The notes: generated by a model not told the origin, from the letters alone. Shown: positions 24,667 to 35,386, counted from the stretch's first letter. The stretch: DNA of 44,075 nucleotides from an uncultured Ignavibacteriaceae bacterium (GCA_964362905.1 CAYIHQ010000002.1:1-44075), one strand, 5' to 3'. Made by a program: numbers and translations.

Positions 24667-25389
24667 ATGCTGTTTTCCGAAGATGATATTAATTTTATTA
24701 AACTACATTATACTTCTCATGGAGCAAAATATTGTGCTAATAAACTCAATAAAAAATCTTCTCAAATTAGTAAAAAAGCCAATAGATTAGGATTAAGTGC
24801 TAATAGAAAATTGATGGTGCAAAATAATCCAGAACTATTAAAACATCTAAGAAATCATGCTCACAAAATTCTAAAACCTATAAATGAGAATAATAAAATT
24901 TCTTTAAATATAGAAGAACTAGAAAATTTATATACTAGTGGAAGAACTTTAGAAGAAATAGCCAAAATATATAATTGTTCAGATTGTACTATAAGTAAAT
25001 TTTTAAAGAATATCGCTAAAAGAAAATGTACAGATTATAAATCGCATAAATGTTATAATCAAATTGGTTCTCTTAATCCTGCCTGGAAAGGTGGAATTAA
25101 GGATATTTATAATCGTTTCAGAGATTTGTCTGAATATTATAATTGGAGAAAAGAAGTTTTAAATAGAGATGGAAACAAATGTACTTCTTGTAATAATACA
25201 GAAAAACTGCATTCTCATCATATTAAGACTTTGAAAACTCTTATTTGGGAATATTCTATAAAAGTTAATAAACTACTAAAAGAACTTACTCGTGAAGACT
25301 TAACTAATTCTTATTTTTATGATTTATCTAATGGCTCAACTTTATGCGAGGATTGTCATAAAAAATGGCATAAAGAAAATGGTAGATAA
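24667..25389 (+). CDS. HNH homing endonuclease with N-terminal HTH-like modules
   Basis: GSLNPAWKGG; WRKEVLNRDGNKCTSC..LHSHHIK..NGSTLCEDCHKKWH; very AT-rich; probable start ATG 24667. Confidence 0.9.
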   Translation: MLFSEDDINFIKLHYTSHGAKYCANKLNKKSSQISKKANRLGLSANRKLMVQNNPELLKHLRNHAHKILKPINENNKISLNIEELENLYTSGRTLEEIAKIYNCSDCTISKFLKNIAKRKCTDYKSHKCYNQIGSLNPAWKGGIKDIYNRFRDLSEYYNWRKEVLNRDGNKCTSCNNTEKLHSHHIKTLKTLIWEYSIKVNKLLKELTREDLTNSYFYDLSNGSTLCEDCHKKWHKENGR

Positions 25390-25391
25390 TT

Positions 25392-26474
25392 ATGTCTCTA
25401 AAAATCACTGTTAAAAATTTAGACAAAGTAACTAAGCTTTTCGCTGAGATGAAATCTAAGATAAAACCTGAAGTTATTAATAAAAGTCTTGATAAGATTT
25501 TAGCAGATGATTTAGCCAAACTTAAAACTAAACTACTTACCTCAGTAAATAATGAACTTAAATCTAAAGTTTCATTACAAGAAAAAGAAGGTAAAGTAGA
25601 AGAAGTTTTGATGAAGAAATCAGATCAGGAAATATTGAAGCATCTTACTGGAGTTGACTTAGCTTCCATTAGTAAGACTAGAGATTTCAATACTTTAGCG
25701 GACGGTAAATTAGCAGTAGTTTCAAATAAGACTTTACAAAAAGCTAATATAGACCGTTTAAATAGTCATACAACTAGTAAGATGTCGTCTGGAGTTAATT
25801 TAAGACTTCCTATGTCGGAAGCCGATACTTTCGATAATCAGTATAGTCAAGCTATCAATTACTACAATGGAGCTATATTTGCAATTGTAGATAACACTGG
25901 TAAAGTAAATTACTACAAAAACCCAGGTATTGATATGACTCAATACATTAAGGTGGTTTGTAGTAGGGATGCGGGGCCTACAGATAGGTCTAAAGATCGC
26001 TGGGACAAGCATAGAGACAAGAGAGGATTCGCCGATTGGACATTGCTCCAAGATGGTCTAGATAGAGTTAAAAGGGATTTTATAAATCTAACAGATGCTA
26101 TAGAAAAGGTCAAAGAGGGCGAACACGAAGACGCTAAGAACATACTGAATAAAGTAGCCCAAAAATCTAATGCGGCTTCAAATATAACTGAAAAGATAAA
26201 TGACCTTAAAGACAGAAATAAGTTAGATCCTAGCGTAGAATCCTATAACAATATGATAAGACTTCTGAAGAATCTTCAAATAGAGAAGTCTATAAGAAAT
26301 GATAGAACTTTCTATACATTAATATCTGTTTATGATGAAAATACTATGGATTATCAAAAGTTTCAAGAACGTCTAGTTAATGAAATAAAGCTCTGGAAGA
26401 TAACTAATGAACAGCGTTGGATAGAGCAAGTATTAAAATCTATTTTAGGACTAGCTAATAAATTGTTGAGGTAA
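25392..26474 (+). CDS. Putative neck or tail-completion protein
   Basis: MSLKITVKNLDKV N-terminus resembles HK97 gp10-like proteins; position. Confidence 0.45.
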   Translation: MSLKITVKNLDKVTKLFAEMKSKIKPEVINKSLDKILADDLAKLKTKLLTSVNNELKSKVSLQEKEGKVEEVLMKKSDQEILKHLTGVDLASISKTRDFNTLADGKLAVVSNKTLQKANIDRLNSHTTSKMSSGVNLRLPMSEADTFDNQYSQAINYYNGAIFAIVDNTGKVNYYKNPGIDMTQYIKVVCSRDAGPTDRSKDRWDKHRDKRGFADWTLLQDGLDRVKRDFINLTDAIEKVKEGEHEDAKNILNKVAQKSNAASNITEKINDLKDRNKLDPSVESYNNMIRLLKNLQIEKSIRNDRTFYTLISVYDENTMDYQKFQERLVNEIKLWKITNEQRWIEQVLKSILGLANKLLR

Positions 26475-26476
26475 CT

Positions 26477-27919
26477 ATGTCAGTAACTATATTTAAGGAT
26501 GTAGAAGAGGCTTTAGCTAGAGAAGTTAGGCGTATTACAACCCACGATTCTAGAACTTTAGATAAAACAATACTTAGAGAAACTTACGATCCAATTTCAG
26601 GAGAAATAATAACGACTCCAGTAGAGCCAGAATTTTACGATTCTAGTGCTGATGCTGGCATAGTGGAATATCCACATTTTTTCATTCGGTTAATGAAAAC
26701 TAGAGAAGATAGATTTACGGGTAGAGTTGTTCCGCAATATGGAAAATGGCTCATAGATCCTGTAGTATTTTCTCCAAAAGCATTTAAAATTATTTTCGCA
26801 GAAGAAGCTTTAATTAGCAGTCTAGGAAACAACTTAACTACTGGCGGATACCAGATTAGAAAAGTTTTACCAGGACACTTAATTCGGCTTTTAGAAGGTA
26901 ATAATGTAGGTACATATGCGGTCACTTCTGTTGTAGTAGGATTGCTAGGTACACATACTATAACTGTTTCTAATACATTAGCCACTAACTTACCAGCATT
27001 TGTATTCTCAACAGGAACTAGAGAAGTAGTCTTTAGTTCCGCAGTTGATATTTCCACTGTTAAAATTGGTGATCAGTTTACAGATTCAGTAAGTAATACT
27101 TATAATGTAGTCACGATCAGTGCTGCACAAGGCAAATTTACTATAGATGGTGTTTCCACTCCAAATATTTCGGCAGGCAGTGTATTCACCAGAACAGGTA
27201 ATGTATTCCAAAGTACAGACCTAAGTCCAGTCAGATATATAGTAATGGACCCTAATCAGCCTATTTCTACGACTTCAGGAGCGTCTGCTTCATCATCTTA
27301 TGTGGGAATCAGTCCTTCAATACCGATAGATGCGTATTATTTAGTTAGGATAGATTCCAAAACTAGACAAAATCACATCGACACTTTAAATAGGGTATGG
27401 GAAGAATTTAATCCCCCTAGAACTGCGCTACCTGTAATAGTCAGGTCGGCTTTAAGCGCAGATCAATTATTAACAGCAGATGTAACCACTGGAGGCAGCA
27501 ACACGATTCAAGTAGCTGACAACAGTAATTATAATGTAGGCGATAAAGTCTACATATTTGATAATCTTTTTCCAAGCAAACGACCCGATGGAGTAGGATT
27601 CCAAAGACCATTTGAATCAATAGTTACAAATAAAATATCTACTAATCAGATAGTGCTACAAAATGTAGTACCTGACACTTTTAAATTTGCTAATTGTGCC
27701 AGAATAGTAAGTAATGCAAAATTAAATCTCTATATGTTTCATTTTGTTGATCATGTCACTAAAGATGTCGAGGGTTCCCAATACTGGGTACATGAATTCA
27801 CATTTTGGGTACAACTTTGGGTTGACAGACTTGAAGAAGCTAGAGATATTACTGCGATTACTGATATTGCATCTGATATAGAAAATATTGATACCTCAAC
27901 TATTTTATCCGATGAATAA
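26477..27919 (+). CDS. Putative tail terminator or neck protein with inserted beta modules
   Basis: Directly upstream of sheath; YPHFFIRL, YLVRIDSKTR, HEFTFWVQLWVD. Confidence 0.55.
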   Translation: MSVTIFKDVEEALAREVRRITTHDSRTLDKTILRETYDPISGEIITTPVEPEFYDSSADAGIVEYPHFFIRLMKTREDRFTGRVVPQYGKWLIDPVVFSPKAFKIIFAEEALISSLGNNLTTGGYQIRKVLPGHLIRLLEGNNVGTYAVTSVVVGLLGTHTITVSNTLATNLPAFVFSTGTREVVFSSAVDISTVKIGDQFTDSVSNTYNVVTISAAQGKFTIDGVSTPNISAGSVFTRTGNVFQSTDLSPVRYIVMDPNQPISTTSGASASSSYVGISPSIPIDAYYLVRIDSKTRQNHIDTLNRVWEEFNPPRTALPVIVRSALSADQLLTADVTTGGSNTIQVADNSNYNVGDKVYIFDNLFPSKRPDGVGFQRPFESIVTNKISTNQIVLQNVVPDTFKFANCARIVSNAKLNLYMFHFVDHVTKDVEGSQYWVHEFTFWVQLWVDRLEEARDITAITDIASDIENIDTSTILSDE

Positions 27920-27933
27920 AGGGAGAAAAATAA

Positions 27934-29379
27934 ATGTCTTTACTTAATACGAACATCGGCCCAGAACGAGTACAGGTTTTTGAACAACCTCTCGGAGTGG
28001 CGCAGGTGCCTGGAGCTTCAACGTCGATTACGGCGTTTTTGATTAGCTCTTCTTTTCTCGGCGCTCCCGTTAATACTCCTTCTAGAGTTACTACTTTAGA
28101 AGACTTTGAAGCTTTGTTTGGTGGTCCAGACGATATTCTGTACGATGCATATTATGCCGTCCAGGGTTATTTCGACAACGGCGGCTCTGGAAAGACTGCT
28201 ATTATTGTCCACGTAGGAACTACACCGACTTCAGCAGACTTCATTGGTAGCTCAAGCGCAGGAACTGGACTAAGAGCTTTAGACGTAGTAGATGATGTAA
28301 ATCTAGTATGTGCTCCTGGTCTGCCAATTGAAATAGCCTACCTAGTTCAACCAGCCGTTATTGACTATAGCGAAACTGTCAGAACAGAATTCGGCGCAAC
28401 TCTTTCGACTGTATTTTCTTTGTTAGCAGTTCCACGTAATATTTCTAAAGCTAATACAGATGTTCAGTTAATTTCTACTACTATTACTTCAATTGCTGGC
28501 AACGTTCTTACTTTGCCTTCTTTGAATTTATCAGCAGTAAAACCTGGAATGATTGTTAAAAAAGCTGGTGCTTTTGAGGCAGTTATTACAGCGGTAGATG
28601 ATACATTAGATAAAGTTACTGTACTTTCTTTAGGTACTTTAGCTGCTTCAGATGCTATCACATTAAACATACCATCGGCGGTTACTTACAAAGAGAAAGT
28701 TATTAGTAATCCTTCTCGTGTAGCTTCTTGGTATTTTAATAATCCTGTGGTATTAGATCGTAGTACTACAGCAAGCCCCGGTGATATTCTATCAATTGAC
28801 CCTTGTGGGCATGTTGCTGGAGTTATGGGTCGTATTGATGCAAATATTGCTATTGGAGGAGTATCACATGCTCCTGCTGGTATGCAGTTTGCTGGTTTGG
28901 CCGGAATCGTTGGATTGGCTCTTTCTATATCAGAAAGAATTGATGCAGAACCTCTCCGTAAAAATTATATTAACAGAATTCAGGCGTTTCCTGGAGCTGG
29001 CAATGTAATTTTCGGCGGTTATACTGCGGAATCAGGCACTACTCCGATTTACACCGCTGACGAACAGCTTATCCAAGTTATGCGTTCAGTGCAATATATT
29101 AAATCGTCTCTAGAGATAGGATTACGAAGCTTCCTATGGGAGAACTTCTCTCCAAATACACAACAAGAAGTTGCTAGAGCCATAGAGTCTTTCATGAGAA
29201 ATAATATTCATTTGTTTCCTGCTGGACTTCAAGAATCACAACAATTCAAAGTTATTAGCGTAGAACCCACACAAAATGATTTGGATCTCGGATTACTAAA
29301 AGTTCGAGTACAAGTTAAACCAAATAAAGCTGTACGGTTTATCGAAGTAGCACTTGAATTTCCATTACCAACGGCCTAA
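27934..29379 (+). CDS. Contractile tail sheath protein
   Basis: TSITAFL, AVQGYFDNGG, GTGLRALD, GHVAGVMGRID..GVSHAPAG, VKPNKAVRFI. Confidence 0.95.
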   Translation: MSLLNTNIGPERVQVFEQPLGVAQVPGASTSITAFLISSSFLGAPVNTPSRVTTLEDFEALFGGPDDILYDAYYAVQGYFDNGGSGKTAIIVHVGTTPTSADFIGSSSAGTGLRALDVVDDVNLVCAPGLPIEIAYLVQPAVIDYSETVRTEFGATLSTVFSLLAVPRNISKANTDVQLISTTITSIAGNVLTLPSLNLSAVKPGMIVKKAGAFEAVITAVDDTLDKVTVLSLGTLAASDAITLNIPSAVTYKEKVISNPSRVASWYFNNPVVLDRSTTASPGDILSIDPCGHVAGVMGRIDANIAIGGVSHAPAGMQFAGLAGIVGLALSISERIDAEPLRKNYINRIQAFPGAGNVIFGGYTAESGTTPIYTADEQLIQVMRSVQYIKSSLEIGLRSFLWENFSPNTQQEVARAIESFMRNNIHLFPAGLQESQQFKVISVEPTQNDLDLGLLKVRVQVKPNKAVRFIEVALEFPLPTA

Positions 29380-29396
29380 TTAAGGAGAAATAGTAT

Positions 29397-29966
29397 ATGG
29401 CAAGAAGTGCAAGCGTTGATCCATTAGAGCGTTTTCGATTTGAAGTTAGTTGGAGTGCCGATGGAGACTCAGAAGGTACTGCTTTAGTACGTTTGGGTTT
29501 TCATGACATTCAAATGCCTAAGAGATCGACTACTAAAATTAGTTATCGTGAAGGTATTGATCCAGATATCAATCAATTAGCTGCTGGTCTTAGCACAATG
29601 GAAGACATTGTTATGAGCCGTGGTGTGATTATTACGGATGAGAATGGTGAATTTTATAAATGGATGAGTTCTATTCACAGACCTACCGCTGGTCATGTTG
29701 GGCGTAATGCTCTCAGTGCTCGTGGAAAAGCTGCTTTAAATAAATATAAAAAAGAAGTAGTCATTAAACTACTTGACCGTGAAGGCGGAGTGGCCCGTCA
29801 ATGGGTACTTTATAATGCGTTTCCTATGAACTTCGTACCTGCTTCAGATTTGAATGCTGGTGAAGATGGCGATAAGGCAATGGAACAATTGACTTTAGCT
29901 TATGAAGATTTTAAGGAATTGGCAGCAGATGGTTCTGGGGAAAAATCGACATCTGGCGGTTATTAA
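29397..29966 (+). CDS. Tail tube protein, T4 gp19/Afp1-like (probable major tube)
   Basis: DPLERFRFEV, YREG, MSRG, WVLYNAFP, EQLTLAYE; strong SD and followed by terminator. Confidence 0.92.
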   Translation: MARSASVDPLERFRFEVSWSADGDSEGTALVRLGFHDIQMPKRSTTKISYREGIDPDINQLAAGLSTMEDIVMSRGVIITDENGEFYKWMSSIHRPTAGHVGRNALSARGKAALNKYKKEVVIKLLDREGGVARQWVLYNAFPMNFVPASDLNAGEDGDKAMEQLTLAYEDFKELAADGSGEKSTSGGY

Positions 29967-29974
29967 TTTTTTTT

Positions 29975-30005
29975 AGAGGGGGCTTAGTTGCCCCCTTCTT
30001 CTTTT
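29975..30005 (+). terminator. Intrinsic terminator after the first tube gene
   Basis: GAGGGGGC-TTAGTT-GCCCCCTT then TCTTTT. Confidence 0.8.
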
Positions 30006-30018
30006 ACTGTGAGGGACT

Positions 30019-30711
30019 ATGGCTAGATCAAGTACAGAAGATCCAATTGAAAAATTTAGATTTCGTGTAACTGTAATAGCAGTTAGTCCAACATTAGTTG
30101 GTGCGGTTGAGTCTATTGCAGCTATTGCTGCCAGTCAATTGCAAGGAGATATAGGAAAATTCGCCAAGCAACTTAGAGTTATGACTCGATTAGGTTTTAG
30201 TGAGATAGTTTTACCGAGACAAACAATAACAGAAATAGCCTATAGAGAAAATACTGATGCTTACAGATTTACAAAAGTTCCTGGATTAGTTAGATATGAT
30301 CCAGTAATTCTGCGTCGTGGAGTTACGGCCAGTAGAGATTTATATGATTGGTTAAGGCAAGTAAATGACGAATTAGCTTTACTTGTCGTAGCTGGAGAAT
30401 TGTCTAAAGATGTTAAAAAAGGCCCTGCTCAAAGTGAGAATTTCAGAAAAGATGTGATCATCGAAGTTCTGGATAGAGAAGGAAAACCTATTAAAGGTTG
30501 GTACTTATTTAATTCATGGCCAATTTCTTATAAACCTGGAAATGACTTAGATTCTAAGACAGAAGAAAAGTTAGTAGAAGAAATGACATTAACTTACGAA
30601 GTCTTTTTAGAATTGGAAGGCGGTTTAGAAGGTTTTGCTAAAGAAGTAGCTAAAGGTGCGACAGAAGAACTTATTGACATTTATGCTAAAAAACTCCCAT
30701 TTTCGAGGTAA
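30019..30711 (+). CDS. Tail tube paralog 2 (gp19-like)
   Basis: DPIEKFRFRV, LRRGV, WYLFNSWP, EEMTLTYE. Confidence 0.9.
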   Translation: MARSSTEDPIEKFRFRVTVIAVSPTLVGAVESIAAIAASQLQGDIGKFAKQLRVMTRLGFSEIVLPRQTITEIAYRENTDAYRFTKVPGLVRYDPVILRRGVTASRDLYDWLRQVNDELALLVVAGELSKDVKKGPAQSENFRKDVIIEVLDREGKPIKGWYLFNSWPISYKPGNDLDSKTEEKLVEEMTLTYEVFLELEGGLEGFAKEVAKGATEELIDIYAKKLPFSR

Positions 30712-30714
30712 TGT

Positions 30715-31257
30715 ATGGCTAGACCCTCAAGTAAGGATGCTCTCGACAAATTTAGGTGGATGGTTGAAATAGAAGGCTTTACAAGAATGGGATTTTCGTC
30801 CTGTGAAGTCCCTTCAGTTTCAATAAATACTCAGAAATATGCCGAAGGCGGAAATCATTTGTTCCCGAAACAGATAGTAGATTCTTTTGAATATAAACCA
30901 ATAGCTCTGCAAAGAGGAGTAACTTCAGATTTGAACTTCCATAAATGGATTAAAAATTATTTCGAATATGTTCACGGTTCTAGCGGTTCTGTTCAATCTT
31001 CAGAATATAGAAGAGATGTAATAATTAATCATTTAGATAGACAAGGTAGAATTGTAAAAAGATATCTGCTTTATAATGCTTTTCCAATAGAATATAAGCC
31101 AGCATCAGATTTTGCTTCTGATGCAGATGATACACTAAGCATGGAACGTTTAGTGTTGACTTACGAAAGTTTTAAGGTAGAAGTTGGCGCTGGAGGTGAT
31201 GACACAAATCCTCTTGATCCTACAGATATTCTTAAGCGGCTTGTTAGAAAATTTTAA
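30715..31257 (+). CDS. Tail tube paralog 3 (gp19-like)
   Basis: DKFRWMVEIEG, YAEGG, LQRGV, YNAFP, ERLVLTYE. Confidence 0.9.
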   Translation: MARPSSKDALDKFRWMVEIEGFTRMGFSSCEVPSVSINTQKYAEGGNHLFPKQIVDSFEYKPIALQRGVTSDLNFHKWIKNYFEYVHGSSGSVQSSEYRRDVIINHLDRQGRIVKRYLLYNAFPIEYKPASDFASDADDTLSMERLVLTYESFKVEVGAGGDDTNPLDPTDILKRLVRKF

Positions 31258-31277
31258 TGTAAGTAGAGGAGAAATAT

Positions 31278-32045
31278 ATGGTAATTAGATTACCTAATGG
31301 TTTAATTGACGGCTGTGATCATTTTACCCATGCTAGGATAGATGAAATACGGGGCAAACAACAAAACTATTTGTCCAATAAGGATTTAGTAGTTGGTAAT
31401 ATAGGACATATTCCTAAAATATTAGAAGATTTAATTTTATCTCTAGAAACAGAATCGGGTATGGCTTGGAAAGGTAATATCGGAGAAGCTATATACAAAT
31501 TATCTGCGGGAGATTTAGAAACTATTTTAGTTAAAATTAGAGAAAATACTTATGGCCCTAAATACTACCATGAAGCTAAATGTAGTCATTGTGAAGCTAT
31601 TAATAAAGATTTACGATTAGATTTAGATAAATTAGAATTAAAAATAATGCCGCTAAGTGATATATTAGATAGTTCGAAAAGAGTTACAATATTACCCAAA
31701 GCTGGGTTAGAAGTAGAATTAAAACCATTATATTTAAAAGATTTATTTGATGCTGTAAAGTTTGCTGATGGTAAACATGATGAATTAGTGACGAGTGCTT
31801 TAGCGATGTCTACAAAAAGACTCGGAAACAAAACTAAAGTTACTGCGAAAGATTTAGAAGATATTTCAATGTCTGATATAATGCATCTAAATGATTTTGT
31901 GGAAAAAATTATATTAGAAGGGAATATTGATACTAATATTATTACGGAATGTACTAAATGCAAAAAAGAATTTTCTTATAAAGTTAATGTTTATGATCCA
32001 CTTTTTTTCTCCCCTACCAAGGTATCCAAGAATACTTCTACATAA
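31278..32045 (+). CDS. Tail assembly chaperone / baseplate hub assembly protein (T4 gp26/gp51-like, two CxxC motifs)
   Basis: DLETILVKIRENTYG, CSHC, CTKC, PLFFSP; between tube and tape measure. Confidence 0.75.
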   Translation: MVIRLPNGLIDGCDHFTHARIDEIRGKQQNYLSNKDLVVGNIGHIPKILEDLILSLETESGMAWKGNIGEAIYKLSAGDLETILVKIRENTYGPKYYHEAKCSHCEAINKDLRLDLDKLELKIMPLSDILDSSKRVTILPKAGLEVELKPLYLKDLFDAVKFADGKHDELVTSALAMSTKRLGNKTKVTAKDLEDISMSDIMHLNDFVEKIILEGNIDTNIITECTKCKKEFSYKVNVYDPLFFSPTKVSKNTST

Positions 32046-32197
32046 GCCATGACTACGATCTCTTGGGGGATTATGCTTTCTTTGGTCAGGCATGGCAATG
32101 GCCTCCTAGCGAAGTAGATAGGTTAACTTGGATGCAAAGAAAGACGCTAAAACAAGCGTATAAAGATAATATAGAAACTAAACTAACCAAAAAATAG
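32003..32197 (+). CDS. -1 frameshift extension of the tail chaperone (gpGT / P2 gpE'-like)
   Basis: Slippery T TTT TTC at 32003-32009; -1 frame open to TAG 32195-32197 encoding ...WQWPPSEVDRLTWMQRK... Confidence 0.85.
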   Translation, partial: FFLPYQGIQEYFYISHDYDLLGDYAFFGQAWQWPPSEVDRLTWMQRKTLKQAYKDNIETKLTKK

Positions 32198-32204
32198 AGT
32201 ATAT

Positions 32205-34607
32205 ATGGCAAGAACTAACATTGAAGTTATTATTACTGTCAGAGATGGAGCTTCTAAACCTCTTGAGAATGTTCAAAAGAGACTTAGTGGCGTTGGCACC
32301 GCTGCAAAAAATGTAAGTGCTGACATAGATAGATTCAATAAAACAATGTTTAGTGCTTTTGCTTTTGCTGGACTATTCGCTAAAGTTTTCTCAAGTTTAA
32401 AATCAGCAATGGATATAGGCGCTCCATTAGACAGGATGACTGTCCAATTTGAACGAACATTAGGTACTAGAGGACAATTTTTGAGTGTTCTACGAGGAGC
32501 AACCAATAGCGTAGTGGATGAGATGTCTGCTATGGAAAGTGGTCTGCATCTAGGACAATTAGGAATTGCTAGAACAACTGATGAAGCCGCTAATACTATA
32601 GCTAAAATGGCCGTAGCTGCTAGAATGGCTGGGAAAGATGCTTCTGAAGGCATAAAAGATTTAACTCTCTCTTTAGAAGAAGGTAATATAGCTAAGTTAC
32701 AAGAATATGGAATTATGAAAAAAACTGATCCCATGTATATGGCTATGATGGCCACAATGGGTAAGGCCGGAGGTATCTACGGTTCCACAATTGTTAAGCA
32801 GCAACAATTGGCTTTAGTAATGAGTCAATTGACAAAGCATACTAAAGATCATATGTTCATGTGGCTGAGTACTGGAGAGTTAGTAGACGCTACTGGTAAA
32901 AAATTCAAAGATTTACGACAGCATATTGGTGTATTTGTAGCTACTGCGTTACGTCCACTAATGGAAAAATTACTTCCATTTATGGACAGCCTTAGTAACA
33001 CTCTTTTCTATTTGTATAGAAATGATAAGCAGATAATATTTTTAACTAGATCTGTATTAACCTTAGCTGCTGGTTTAGGTACATTATTAGCAACTTTGGG
33101 AAGCTTTAAATTAATGGTAAAACTTTTAGGTTTTGCGGGCATAGGTATTCCTGGCCTAAGTTGGGCTATTCTTGGGTTAGGCGCAGCATTTATTGGCTTA
33201 ACTAAGAATGCTGATGGAGTACTTGAAAAGTTTAGAGTTTTAGGAGCAATTTTCAAAGGGGTCTATGAATTAGTTGCTAATTTAGACCCAGAAACAGGCA
33301 TGTCTAAAATAAGTGAGAGTACTAGAGATTTATTAGAAAAACATGGTCTTTTAGGCTTCGTAAAAACTATAGCTAGAATAGTAGCAATAATCAAGAAAAC
33401 GGCAGGAGATATTTATACAGTTTTTAAATTTGTTACTGATAAATTAAATGCTGCATTTGGCGGCATATTTGGTATATTCAAAGACACAATTGCCAACTTC
33501 TCTGATAATTGGACAACTTGGTGGACTTCAGATGCGATAACACCTATTCATAAGTTTGTTAGGGCGGCCTCTACAATATTAGGAACTTTGTTTGCTATAG
33601 GAGGAGGTAAATTTTTGGGAAAATTCGCAGGAGGAATACTTTCAAAAATACCAGGAGTTGGAAGTTTGTTTGGCGGCGGTAAAGCAAAAGGTACAAAGTC
33701 AGATCCAATGTATGTTAGAGATGCAGATAAACCTTTAACACAAATTAGCAAATTTGGAGTTTCGACAGTTTTTGATGCAACAATTCTTGCTGGGACTAAA
33801 TTTTTCAAAAACATCATCATAAATCTTGTCACGGCATTTGAGACATTAAAAGCATTTGGCCTAGCTGAAACTTTGAGTATGTTCACAAAAACTATATATG
33901 TTGCAGTAACTAAATTCCTAGCAATCCCAATTGCTTTATCGGCAATATTTGGGGCTCTAGAAGGAATAGTAGGTACTTCAGAAGAATGGGGAAAGTTTTT
34001 TAGCGGAATAGTTGATTTTGGGAAAGCTGTAGGAACTGTTGTCGATAATTTTTTATTAAATATTCCAGTTATCGGAAATATCTATACTTCTTTAAAAGGC
34101 GTTGGAGAAGGTATTCTAAGAATAGGAAAATTTCTTTTGATAGATGGTCCCCTTGAACTGATGAGAATGATTGCCGATGGTTGGAAAAAGATTTTCGGTT
34201 GGACTGGATTAGGGGCAGGTTATGCTGGAGAAATGATGACTGGCTGGGCTAAAAAGATGGCACCCGAAAATTTCACGGATACTAATCAAGGAACGAATAT
34301 ATCTGCAAACAAAACTTATTCTGTAATACCTTTAGCAAATTCCGATTTATCATCAGATGATAATATTTATCAAGCTGTGATAAGTTTATTGGGTAAAATG
34401 GATAAAGACTCATCCGATAAAATAGAAACAGCGATGATTAATGCTATGAAGTCTGTCGGACTAGATGGAAAAAAATTTGACGCCGCAGAAGTAGATAATC
34501 TACAAAGTATGTTACGAGAGGCATTAGATTCTTCTGTGAATCTTAATACTATCGCAAGTAAAATAGGAAAAGAAAAAGTTGAGAAATTAACTAATAAGAG
34601 GAATTAA
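32205..34607 (+). CDS. Tail tape measure protein, 800 aa
   Basis: IITVRDGASKPL N-terminus, Ala/Gly-rich helical body with hydrophobic segments, GTKSDPMYV motif. Confidence 0.9.
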   Translation: MARTNIEVIITVRDGASKPLENVQKRLSGVGTAAKNVSADIDRFNKTMFSAFAFAGLFAKVFSSLKSAMDIGAPLDRMTVQFERTLGTRGQFLSVLRGATNSVVDEMSAMESGLHLGQLGIARTTDEAANTIAKMAVAARMAGKDASEGIKDLTLSLEEGNIAKLQEYGIMKKTDPMYMAMMATMGKAGGIYGSTIVKQQQLALVMSQLTKHTKDHMFMWLSTGELVDATGKKFKDLRQHIGVFVATALRPLMEKLLPFMDSLSNTLFYLYRNDKQIIFLTRSVLTLAAGLGTLLATLGSFKLMVKLLGFAGIGIPGLSWAILGLGAAFIGLTKNADGVLEKFRVLGAIFKGVYELVANLDPETGMSKISESTRDLLEKHGLLGFVKTIARIVAIIKKTAGDIYTVFKFVTDKLNAAFGGIFGIFKDTIANFSDNWTTWWTSDAITPIHKFVRAASTILGTLFAIGGGKFLGKFAGGILSKIPGVGSLFGGGKAKGTKSDPMYVRDADKPLTQISKFGVSTVFDATILAGTKFFKNIIINLVTAFETLKAFGLAETLSMFTKTIYVAVTKFLAIPIALSAIFGALEGIVGTSEEWGKFFSGIVDFGKAVGTVVDNFLLNIPVIGNIYTSLKGVGEGILRIGKFLLIDGPLELMRMIADGWKKIFGWTGLGAGYAGEMMTGWAKKMAPENFTDTNQGTNISANKTYSVIPLANSDLSSDDNIYQAVISLLGKMDKDSSDKIETAMINAMKSVGLDGKKFDAAEVDNLQSMLREALDSSVNLNTIASKIGKEKVEKLTNKRN

Positions 34608-34612
34608 ATATC

Positions 34613-35386
34613 GTGGCTGTTCAACAAGGTAAAAAACGTTCTGGGGCTGATAGCTTAGCTAATCCAGATCAAAAATATGTTACTGGGGAACTTTATAGAG
34701 CGGCCTTATTTAAGGTTGACATAGCAGGTAATATTTTAAGTAATAATGCAGAAGGAATATTTTTATTGAATCCTTCTGCTTGGGAAGAATCTAAATCTGC
34801 AAATTGGGCTCAGCATAATGTTCCTGGTCAGAGCGATCCAATTTTTCAATGGGTATCTTCTGGAGCTAGGACAGTAACATTTGAAGCTCTAGTAACTGCT
34901 GATATGTCAGACCAAAAAGTAATTGTGGCAGAAAAAGAACAAAAGAAAGCTGAGCCAAAAGCTGTGATTGAAGCTGTAGCTGATTTTGCAGTAAAATTAT
35001 TTAGTGTAGCGATACCACCTATTCCCAATTCGCCATCAGGGGAGCCAGTAAAAAATGAAGTTACATTAGATATATCAGATAGATTAAATTATTATAGATC
35101 TTTATTATATCCAAGTTACACAGACCCCAATTCAAAAGGAGTTCCTTCTAGATTAAAAGGGAGTCCACCATTATTAGCATTATATGCTGGCAATTCCATA
35201 AGTAAATTATCATATTCAAATAAAATAACCAATAAGCATGATGTTTGGATTTTGACTGATTTGAGAATAAGAATTACTAAACAATTAGCTAATTTAGCTC
35301 CAATGGAAGCTACTGTAAATTTTACATTAGTACAGTACAATATAAGATCATTTGACTCAAATAGATTCTATAAAGATACAAAGTAG
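34613..35386 (+). CDS. Tube initiator (Afp7 / CIS tube protein-like)
   Basis: LNPSAWEESKSANW..VPG..QWVSSGARTVTFE, PPLL, APMEATVNFTL. Confidence 0.8.
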   Translation: MAVQQGKKRSGADSLANPDQKYVTGELYRAALFKVDIAGNILSNNAEGIFLLNPSAWEESKSANWAQHNVPGQSDPIFQWVSSGARTVTFEALVTADMSDQKVIVAEKEQKKAEPKAVIEAVADFAVKLFSVAIPPIPNSPSGEPVKNEVTLDISDRLNYYRSLLYPSYTDPNSKGVPSRLKGSPPLLALYAGNSISKLSYSNKITNKHDVWILTDLRIRITKQLANLAPMEATVNFTLVQYNIRSFDSNRFYKDTK

